From Mobula hypostoma (taxonomy: Eukaryota): a stretch of 64,000 bases of DNA. Shown here piece after piece: positions 38,564-49,566 of this stretch (the first letter of the stretch is position 1; each line of letters begins with the position of its first letter). The stretch spans positions 164,488,001-164,552,000 of the forward strand of contig NC_086097.1 of assembly GCF_963921235.1 (NCBI RefSeq), given 5' to 3'. Made by a program: the position numbers and the translations under genes. The notes beneath the pieces were generated by a model. That model searched no databases and had not been told where the DNA came from. It saw only the letters and a list, made by a program, of their open reading frames with translations.

Positions 38564-41500
38564 ATTTGAAAGATCAGGGAACTGACATTTCTCACTGCCA
38601 TACCAATCCATTCCATGCTGGGCATTCCCTCTTTTCCCTTCTCCCATCAAGCAGAAGATACAAAGTAGTAAAAACACCTACCACCAGGCTCAAATATAGC
38701 TATTATAAGACTATTAAATGATTCCCTTGTACTATAAGATGGACTCTTGCCAACACAATTTACCTCATCATAGCCTTGCACCTTATTGTCTGCCTGAACT
38801 GCACCTTCTCTGTAACACTTGATTCTGCTTTCCGTTATTTTCTCTTGTACTACCTGTATAGTACAGTGCATTGGTGTACTGCTCTCCTTGTCTGTGAAGT
38901 AGGAAGTACACAATTCAGAAATAATCCAAACTCCACTTAATTGAACACGGTAGCGAGGACCTAGTGTCCAAGCTCCAGGTGCTTTATTGGGCAACACTCA
39001 CATATACAATTGAATAAGAGTAAAACAGAGAGAACCAGAAAAATCTAAGTACTTAAAGCAGCTAACATGATTAAGTCAAACATTCATAAATTAGGAATAT
39101 ATGAAGATAGACTTGCATGTAAAATATCCAAAAATTATGCACCACATGAGTAAACAAAGTTTTAAAGTTTGTGAAAAGATTAATACGTTAAGCATTACTT
39201 CCCACTGCTTGTCAAAGACTATACTGATAATCAGGGAAGAAACTTTTACATGTTAGCACAAAAGGTAGAAAAATCCCCTAATCTCAATGGCATGACCGAA
39301 GGATATTGTTTCCATCCCTTCAGAACTGATCAGCTAAATTCTGCATCTGATGCCATTACTGTTTATAGAGGTTCTGTTCTGTAAAGTTTCCAGTTGAGGT
39401 GATGCCCTGTGCTATTGTGTGAGAAGCAATATAGGAATGAGAATTAAAGATGAGTTTGCATCTGCAGAGACTGGAACCAATTGCCTCGTGTTCGTAATTG
39501 GCATTGCATGTGCTGTGAGAATGCACAGAACCTCATGACTGAAGATGAAAGATCCTGGATTAAAGTCTGACGTGCAGCCTTGGCTGTTGATATACCTCTG
39601 CACCTTAGAGTCCTTTGTTACTTTCTGTAACTCAAGTTCATTGCAAATACCAACAACATTCATACCACAGTCGGAATATAGTCCTTCAGAGGGACTACAG
39701 TCAACAAAAAATTGTCACAGTGCATTAATGGAGCTGGATGGATCCATGGACTCAATCACTTCTATGTAGACAAAGAGCACTGCTCATCACTTGCCGTGAG
39801 CTAAACTTCCTCTTCAAAGTTCAAAGTATATTAATAATCAAAGTATGTATACTATATAAACCTTAAGATTTGTCTCCGTACAAGCAGCCACTAAACAAAG
39901 AAACCCAATAAAAAAAGATCTTCAAATGCCCAATGTGCATAGAAAAGAAACCAAATTGTGCAAACAATAAAAATAAGCAAATAACTTTTCAGAACTGAAG
40001 TTCATGCAAGTGAGTCTGTGACAACAAAGCTAGTCATCACTGCAGCCGATCCAGGAGCCCGTCAGTTGCAGGCCATCACCTCAGTTCAGTGCAGAGCTGG
40101 AACAGTGAGCAGAGCACTAGCCCATCCCTCATCTCCAGAATGAACACCCTGATCTTTTAAATCTGGCCTGATGCTTAAGTGGACCAAACCTCAGGTCGTT
40201 CTTTTCACTCAGATCCTGGCCAAAGCCCCACCTCCTCAACTCTGCCTCGCCTCAGTTCTGCCGCATCAAATCACCTCGGTCCACTCCTGCAACAGCGGAA
40301 CATTAGCTAATTCCGTGCTCTCGGGCCCAGGCCCCACTGCCTCAATTCAGCCTGCCCTGTACCTGCCACGCCACAACCATTCTGCACCTTTGAGACTTAA
40401 GTTCATACTGAAAGAATGCCAGGTCATACGGTCAGTTCCAAAAGCAGAGTTACAGGCTATTGATAGCAGTGATTGTGTCCAAGAAAAAGTGTGATTGCTA
40501 TAGTAATCTATAGTTTTGTGCTTCACCAGTGCCATCTTAAATCTTGTACACCTACTAACCACGGTCCAAGAACAACGACATCCAGACCAGTGTATATGAA
40601 GGGTGGAGAGGTTGGTTCACCCAGTGAAAAAATGTTCTCTTATTTGATCCTGTTTTTCTGCTGTTCTGTTCCTTTGTGGCATTACTGTTTCGTAATAAGT
40701 TAGCAGTGAACAGTAGAGGGTGCCGAAGACAAGACGAACTCATCGTATTCCATATGTTGTCCCTGCAGCATTAATGCCATCTACAAAGTCAACTATCTTG
40801 CAGTGGGGTAAGAAGAATTGTTTTTCACTCCTAAATTACATGTATTTTAACTAAACTTAAATCTGCACTGTTTACTCAAACATTCAAACATCCTGGGAAA
40901 AAATCGGAGGATTAACACGAGGGTTTAACACATCCTTGTATTTACCACAAGAGGGCGCTTTGACTCTACATTAGCGTATGAACAGCCATGAGTTTTCAGT
41001 GCTGCTAACGGGATAGTGCTGCACACTTCAAAGAACAATTTCAATCTGAAGTTACACTCTCTGTGATACACGAAACAATTTGTAATTAAGATGTTAATAA
41101 TTGTTTTTAAGATTATGAAAGGTATAGATAAGGTCATGGTAACAGTCTTTTTCCCAGTGTAGGGGAATCCAATACTGAGGGCATAGACATGGGACGAGAG
41201 GGAAAAGATTCAAAGGGGCTTTGTGATATTTTCAGTCCTTGGAAGTATCTGTTTTGGGACACTGGGGTCAGGATGACTGTGCACAATCAAGGCGTTAGTG
41301 CAGTGGTTGTTGAGCCGGGGGAAAGGGCAGATATTGATCCACTTAACCTGCCAGTGAATTTGAAAGAATTTACGGAGCTGGTAATTATACCTCTGGTGCT
41401 TGGAGGTGGTAGGTAGTCCACATCTCAGTAAGGAGCGAGAGAGCAAGGATCACACTCAGCTTCTTAGAGACAGCTTTTCCCCATCTGCCATCAGATTTCT

Positions 41501-41989
41501 GGACATTCCATGAGGCACATAAATATTATTCTTTTGTTCTATTTATTTATTTTACTTTTTATTGTAACTTATAGTAACTTTTGCAACTTACACTGCATTG
41601 CTGCCATAAAACAACACATTTCACAACATATGTCAGTGATATGATTCTGATTCGTCCTGTTTGACTTGAGCCCTTGTACCAGGGTTGAGTTGCTGATTTC
41701 ACACAGATGGCCAAAGCTTGCACAGACACCCTAATGGAGACTGTGAGTTTTGTCACTCCTATTTCGAGGCCCCCACCCCCTCTGTGAACCACTCTTGCTG
41801 GAGAATGATATTGTAGATTGGGAGCAATTGGGCAGAGGACATTTACTTTGCAGATGTGGTATAGACATACATCCCACTTTCTCATAGGTTTCAGTGAATG
41901 ATTGACAATGACTTAGAGTTAGGCCTCCAAAAGTATGCAAACACTGCCATTGTCTGCATACCGCATTTCAGCTACAGAGTTTGGGGAGA

Positions 41990-44900
41990 CCATAAGATAT
42001 AGAAGCAGAATTAGGCCATGTAGCCCATCGAGTCTGCTCCATTTCATCAGGACTGATCCATTTCCCTCTCAGCCCCAATTTCCTGTCTCCTCCCCATATC
42101 CCTTCATGCTCTGACTAATCAAGAATCTATCAACCTTTAAATATATCAAATGACTTCACCTCCACAGTCGCCTGTGGCAATGAATTCCACAGAGATTCAC
42201 CAATCTCTGGCTAAAGAAATTCCTCCTGATATCCGTTCTAGACGAGCATCTCTCTACTCTGAGGCTGTGTCCTCTCATCTTAGACTCCCTTATCATAGAA
42301 AATATCCTCTCCACAACCACTCATATCAAGACCTTTAGCATTTGTTGTGTTTCAATGAGATTCCTCCGCGCCCCCCCCCCCCATTCTTCTGAATTCCAGT
42401 GACTATAGGCCTGGAACCTTCAAACGCTCCTCGTATGATGAGCCTTTCAATCCCAGAATTATTTTCAAGAAACTTCTTTGAGCGCTCCCCAAAGTCAGCA
42501 CATCCTTTCTCAGATGAGGGGCCCAAAACTGCTCACAATACTCCAAGTGAGGCCTCATCAGTACCTTATAAAGCCTCAGCATTACATCCTTGCTTTTATA
42601 TTCTAGTCCTCTTGAAATGAATGCTAACACCGCAATTGCCTTCCTCATTACCGACTCAACCTGCAAATTAACCTTTAGGGATTTCTGCACAAGGACTCCC
42701 AAAATAGTCTACACTTTTATTTCTTCAACTAGAGTGCATGACCATACACTTCCCAACACTTTATTCCATTGCCACTTCTTTGCCCATTCTTCTAATCTGT
42801 CGAAGTCCCACTGTAGCCTTCCTGCTTCCTCAACACTACCTGCCCCTTCACCTATCTTCATATTGTCTGCAAACCTTGCAACAAAGCCATCAGAGGGTGT
42901 TTAGAGATGGAAACAGGGAGGAGCTGAGGACAATACAGAGGGACCTGAAAGCCAGGATCAGGGAGGCTAAAGACAGGTACAGGAGGAAGCTTGAGTGGAA
43001 ACTCCAGCAGAACAACATGAGAGAGATCTGGAGGGGGATGAGGACCATCACTGGGTTCCGGCAAACCAGCAACAGAGGAGTTGAAGGCAGTGTGGACAGG
43101 ACCAATGAACTTAACCTGTTCTTTAACAGATTTGACATTGTGGCCCCCACATGAGTCATCTGTTGTCGGCCCCCAAACAACACATATTCCACTCTCCCCT
43201 CCTACCCCTCCTCACAGTCCCCCACCCTGCTCCCATGACCCTTCCCCACACAAAACCACCACGGTGGGCTTCACGGCTGAACAGGTGAGAAGACAGCTGA
43301 AACATCTCAACCCAAGCAAAGCTGCAGGACCGGATGGTGTCAGTACCAGGGTGCTCAAAGTCTGTGCCCCTCAGCTATATGGAGTACTTCGCCATGTATT
43401 CAACCTGAGCCTGAGGCTCCGGAGGGTTCCTGTACTGTGGAAGACGTCCTGCCTCGTCCCTGTGCCGAAAACGCCACGCCCCAGCGGCCTCAATGACTAC
43501 AGACCGGTGGCATTGACCTCCCACATCATGAAGACCCTGAAGAGACTTGTTCTGGAGCTGCTCTGGCCTATGGTCAGGCCACACTTAGATCCCCTCCAGT
43601 TCGCCTACCAGCCCCGACTAGGAGTTGAGGATGCCATCGTCTACCCGCTGAATCGTGTCTACGCCCACCTGTACAAGCCAGCGAGTACTGTGAGGGTCAT
43701 ATTTTTTGACTTCTCCAGTCTGTTCAACACCATCCACCCTGCTCTGCTGGGGTAGAAGCTGACAGCGATGCAGGTGGATGCTTCCCTGGTATCATGGATT
43801 CTTGACTATCTGACTGGCAGACCACAGTACGTGTGCTTGCAACACTGTGTGTCCAACAGAGTGATCAACAGCACTGGGGCTCCACAGGGGACTGTCTTGT
43901 CTCCCTTTCTCTTCACCATTTACACCTCGGACTTCAACTACTTCACAGAGTCTTGTCATCTTCAGAAGTTTTCAGATGACTCTGCCATAGTTGGATGCAT
44001 CAGCAAGGGAGATGAGGCTGAGTACAGGGCTACAGTAGGAAACTTTATCACATGGTGTGAGCAGAATTATCTGCAGCTTAATGTGAAAAAGGCTAAGGAG
44101 CTGCTGGTAGACCTGAGGAGAGCTAAGGTACTGGTGACCCCTGTTTCCATCCAGCGGGTCAGTGTGGACATGGTGGAGAATTACAAATACCTGGGGATAC
44201 GAATTGACAATAAACTGGACTGGTCTAAGAACACTGAGGCTGTCTACAAGAAGGGACAGAGCCGTCTCTATTTCCTGAGGAGACTGAGGTCCTTTAACAT
44301 CTGCCGGATGATGCTGAGGATGTTCTACGAGTCTGTGGTGGCCAGTGTTATCATGTTTGCTGTTGTGTGCTGGGGCAGCAGGCTGAGGGTAGCAGACACC
44401 AACAGAATCAACAAACTCATTCATAAGGCCAGTGATGTTGTGGGAATGGAACTGGACTCTCTGATGGTGGTGTCTGAAAAGAGGATGCTGTCCAAGTTGC
44501 ATGCCATCTTGGACAATGTCTCCCATCCACTACATAATGTACTGGGTGGGCACAGGAGTACATTCAGCCAGACACTCCTTCCACCGAGATGCAGCACTGA
44601 GCATCATAGCAAGTCATTCCTGCCTGTGGCCATCAAACTTTACAACTCCTCCCTTGGAGGGTCAGACACCCTGAGCCAATAGGCTGGTCCCAGACTTATT
44701 TCATAATTTACTGGCATAATTTACATATTACTACTTAACTATTTATGGTTCTATTACTATTTATTATTTATGGTGCAACTGTAACAAAAACCAATTTCCC
44801 CCCGGGATCAGTAAAGTATGACTACTACTACTACTATTCCATTATCCAGATCATTGACATATAATGTAAACAGAATCGGTCCCAACACAGACCCCATTGA

Positions 44901-45290
44901 ACACCACTAGTCACTGGCAGCCAACTATTACTTCCCACTCTTTGCCTCCTGCCAGTCAGCCAAAGCTCTATCCATGCTAGTATCTTTCCTGTAATACACT
45001 GGGCTCTTAACATGTTCAGCAGCCTCACGTGTGGCACCTTGTCAAAGGTCTTCTGAAGATCCAAGTTCACAACGTCACTGTTTCTCCTTCGTCTGTCCTG
45101 CTTGTTATATCTTCAAAGAATTCCAACAGATTTGTCAGGCAAGATTTTCCCTTAAGGAAGCCATGCTGACTTTGGCCTATTTTAACATGTGCCTCCAGGT
45201 ACCCCAAAACCACATCCTTAACAATTGACTCCAACATCTTCCCAACCACTGAGGTCAAACTACCAGGCTTATAATTTCCTTTATAGTTTC
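41990..45290 (-). mobile_element. CR1 LINE split by a Rex1 insertion
   Basis: ORFs 42403-42702 (RPHLEYCEQFWAPHLRKD), 44834-45070 (DLQKTFDKVPH) and 45067-45348. The host sequence joins across 42891/44835. Confidence 0.9.
42892..44834 (+). mobile_element. 5'-truncated Rex1/Babar LINE with nearly intact RT and (ACT)n tail
   Basis: ORFs 43081-43755 and 43768-44682: [46 protein letters not shown]. 3' end GGGATCAGTAAAGTATG(ACT)n. Confidence 0.92.
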
Positions 45291-45804
45291 TTAAGGAAGG
45301 CATCACTTCCTTGAGAGTAGGTGTGACATGGGTTAAACTGTTTTCCATTAGTCCGCTAGATTGGTTTCAGGAAATTTGTAATTAATAACTGGTAAATGGT
45401 TTATTATTGTCACATATACCAAGATATAGATAGACTGGAAAGTTCGAGAGCAGAGGCGAGGGTAGGGTGAGTTTGCTGACTCTCCCGTGATGTTCATTCC
45501 TCTCCCTGGTGGCTGCCGTCTCTGCAGGTTTTGAAGTGTTTTTGCCCTGCTAATACGATGAACTTCAGATCAAGGTTTGGGCCTACTACTCCGGCAGCTC
45601 CGGGAGGTGGATCTAAGGCTCAATCTGGTTCGAAATGCTGTTGTTTGCATCTACTGTTTCCATGATTTGTCCTTCTTCCTCTTTCTCTGCGCAGTAGTTA
45701 TGGTCTTTCTTTTTAATTGCTTTGTGGCTGCCTGTAAGCAAACAAATCTCAAGGTATACTCCCTGTATAGTGTACGCATTCTTTGATAATAAACAGACTT
45801 TGAT

Positions 45805-46440
45805 TGATTGATATGATATGATTATGAAGACACGTAGTCCTCTTTTATTGTCATTTAGTAATGCATGCACTAAGAAATGATACAATATTTCCTCCGGAGT
45901 GATATCACAAAACACAGGACAAACCAAGACTGAAAAAACTGACAAAACTAAGTAATTATAACATATAGTTACAAACAGTGTAACAATACCATAACTTGAT
46001 GAAGAAGTCCATGAGCACAGTAAAGTTCAAAGTTTCTCAAATGTCCCACATCTCATGCAGATGGGAGAAGGAAGAAAAACTCTCCCTGCCATGCCGACCA
46101 CAGTCCGACTCTGAGTCATCCAAAAACTTCGAGCTCTGATCAGCTCTCCGACACCGAGTACTGAGCGCCATCTCTGTCCGAATGATTCGACCTCTTTCTC
46201 GGTCACCAAAAGCAGGCAAGGCCGGGGATTTTGAGTCCTACCCTCCGAAAGATTCCCGGCCACACAGTAACGACAGCAGCAAATGGGCGTTTCAGAAATT
46301 TCTCCAGATGTTCCTCTGTGCTTTCACATCCATTCTCCATCAAATCAGAATTGTCCACAGCCCCTATTTAACAGATATGATATCATTTTTCACTGGAGAG
46401 CTGCGCACGCGCAGCGCGCCACCATCTTCTCCTCCCACCA
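45805..46440 (-). mobile_element. Non-autonomous LINE-derived retroposon
   Basis: Minus strand starts GGAGGAGAAGATGGTGGCGCGCTGCGCGTGCGC (CpG-rich head) and ends AATAAAAGAGG...(ATCAT)n. No ORF2. Confidence 0.5.
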
Positions 46441-48316
46441 GTTAAAAGTGGAAAGTTTAAGGTGGAAAGGTTTGTTTTGCATGTCATCCATACAGATTAT
46501 TTCAAGACACAAACATCAGATCAACCCTTCTGGCAGTGGTGGAATTCAAACATACACCTCCATGGAGATTGGAACCTTAATCCCGTGCCTTTGATCACTC
46601 AGCATAAGTTGAGTTAAAGATTGCAAAAACCTCTAACAGAATTCATTATTGATAGTCTCTTAACAAATAATTTCTAGCTACTTTTTAAGAGACCATTTAC
46701 AAGTTTGTCTTAACTGTAAAATGATTACTGAACGCTGTAAATCAAAGCTCTTGCTAAACCTCATGTCTGTTCTGTGTTTTGTCTCAGGCTGCTAATGTCA
46801 GTGGGATTTGCTATCAGGTTATTCAGAAGCAAAGGAAGGTAATCAAGAGGGCACTGCCAGCTCCTAACCCCAGACGGACAGAGAGAGAGGTGAAGGCTCG
46901 TCAATCACGGCTGATGTGTGTATGGGAAGTGTTAACAGAGGAGATGGTCAGAATGGGGAAGAGAAATAAACAATGCTGGGGCTATGAGATACAAAGTCAC
47001 TGGGAATCTGAAATCAAAGAGAATAGTAGATATATCCAACAAGATGGGCAGCACCTGAGCAGAGACCAAAAGGAAGTTAATATCATAGACTGATATCCTT
47101 TCATTAGAGGTTCATCTGTTCTTTCGATAGACTTTTGACCTCACAATCTACGTTGTCATGCCCTTGCACCTTAACCCCAAATGGATGTCTCAGTCCTCTA
47201 GCTGACCAAATAGGTGGACTCCCTGCGTAGAAGTTATACAAATACTGCTTAGTTTTCACCATTTGAAGGGTTTGTGCTGCAGAAAACTAAGACAAGAAAG
47301 GCCTAAGAGATGCTTGTGAAAATATTTCCTTCAGCACAGTCTGTATTTGCTCATGCTGAAGACTTTATCTTGAAGTGTGGGGACCTGCAGGAACAATAAA
47401 TATACACAAGGGAAAGAACAACGCTGGTCCTTGTATATAACAATGAAGGCTTACATTTTTGATATCTTGATAGATGATTAGCATTAACAATGGTTTTTCC
47501 ATAATCTAGATAAATAAACAAAATAATAACATTTTAATTAATTTGTGCGATGAGTGCAGTTGGCCAGACTTTATTAATTGCCATTCTTGATTGCTCTTGA
47601 ACTTTGATGTTTCACTGGAAACTTTAGAGGACGGTTCACTGTAAATGCTTCTTTGCTGCGTGGGTCTGGAGTCACATTTTGGTCAGGTTAAGTGAGGACA
47701 ATAGATTTCCTTCAACAGACATTAGTAGGCCTAATGGAGATTTATAACAATCTGGCCTTTCCATGCACACTGAGGCATTTTTAAAATCTATGATTCCTGT
47801 TTCCTTAACTGAGATTAAATTCCCATGTCTGTGTTTGTGGGATTTCAGCCTCTAGTTGACTGCCGCACTCTCATATAACACCATAGCTTTAAAGCCGCAA
47901 AGCTTTCCCTATTGCTTGGTTTCAAGCTGTTCAATATCAGCCTTTATTGCAGTAGTTGCTCTTGGTAATGTCTCAGTTTCCCAAAGGGCTGGTTTTGACA
48001 TTTTGACTTTTGTGTGACTTATAGGACAGCAGCGATCAGCAAAATGAAGATCCATCTACAGTTCACAGCAGAACTTGGATCAAGAGATTGCATGTTGTTG
48101 AGGCAGCCAGTTGTGTGGTTAACTCAGCATCAGCTTTATTGTCACTGACATGTGTTGTTTTGTAGCAGCAGTACAGTGTAAGACAAAATATTACTGCAGG
48201 TTACAGTAAGATAGAAAAATGAGTATAGTGCAGAATAGTGAGGTGATATTCATTGAATTTTGGACCATTTTGATTTCTGAAAGCAGAGGGGAAGAAGCTA
48301 TCCTTAATATGTTAAC

Positions 48317-48444
48317 AACAGGAATTCTGCAGATGCTGGAAATTCAAGCAACACACATCAAAGTTGCTGGTTGAAAGCAGCAGGCCAAGCAGCATCTATA
48401 GGAAGAGGCGCAGTCGACGTTTCAGGCCGAGACCCTTCGTCAGG
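48317..48444 (-). mobile_element. 128-bp Penelope-like end with 13-bp TSD
   Basis: TSD TTAATATGTTAAC at 48304-48316 and 48445-48457. Confidence 0.85.
48411..48444 (-). ncRNA. Minimal type-I hammerhead ribozyme motif (core intact, 5' arm of stem I truncated)
   Basis: Minus strand reads C CUGACGA AGG-GUCUCGG-CCU GAAAC GUC^GACUG. Confidence 0.7.
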
Positions 48445-49566
48445 TTAATATGTTAACTGTGGGTCTTCGATATCCTGTACCTGCTCCCTGATGGTAGAAA
48501 TGAAAAGGGAGCACATCCTGGATGGTGCGGATCCTTAATGATAGATTACCACCTTCTGAGGCACTGCAATGCCCCCTGAAGATATCCTCATTGCTGGGGA
48601 GGGTTGTGCCCATGATGGGGTTGGCTTTCTTTTTGATCCTGTACATTGGAGCCGCCAGACTCGTTGATGATACAACCAGTCAGAATGCTCTCTATTGTAC
48701 ATCTGTAACACATTCGGGAAAAAAAATTATCTCCAATGCTCAATTTGTTTACTTGTTGGAAAACTGGCATTCTGAAGAGGGTTGCAAGACAGAAACAATC
48801 ATTTCGAATCTGGAAGTGATTCTCCCAGTTGAAATGTGCTTTTGTAACTATCATTTGCATTTTGAAAAATTGTGAATTAACCTGGTGGTGAACGCACGAC
48901 TCCACAGATTAGAATCAACAACTTGATTTACAGGTCCTTCCACCTCATTCAAAGTAAAATCATTAAATGGGAGTGGGGGGTGAGACAAAATTCCCTGTTA
49001 AGTTAAGGTTTCCAGAACTGGGATTTCACCTCTAGATAAATCGCTCGTAGAATAGTTTGAAATAATGTTTTTAAAAAATGGGTGTATTTACAAAGACTAC
49101 CTTTATCCATGGTATACGTGATGAGCTACATCTACTTCTGTTCACCAGCATTGGTCTTTAATTTTCACCAGATAAAAAGAAATAATAAAAAATAACCTAT
49201 TCTTGTTCAGTTTCCTATGTTTCTTGTAATGACTAATTTTTACCTTATGCATATTAAACTTTTTCCAAAGATATTTCTTCTCATTGCTGGAGCTAAGAGA
49301 GCCAATGGATTCCATGTGTGTTAACCACACATCTGCTGCTTATTATTCATCACCTTATAAGCCCTGTGCAGCCTGATGAAAGCTTGGGACAGTCATCAGC
49401 TATTGGTTTGACATGTTGAGCCTGAAGCTAACCTTTCTGTTTCTTTGTTATTTCCAGAATTGCCAGCAAGAAAAGAAAGTGCCACCATCTTTAAATCAAT
49501 TATGACCCCAAGATTAATGACAAGAAATGGTTCTGTGCACCAAGGTTGTGTTTGTTTTGAAATGTA

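Noticed and set aside
48025..48120. Possible exon of a downstream gene after a TTATAG acceptor-like site
   Set aside because: The peptide (DSSDQQNEDPSTVHSR...) is unrecognisable, with no convincing donor or partner exons.
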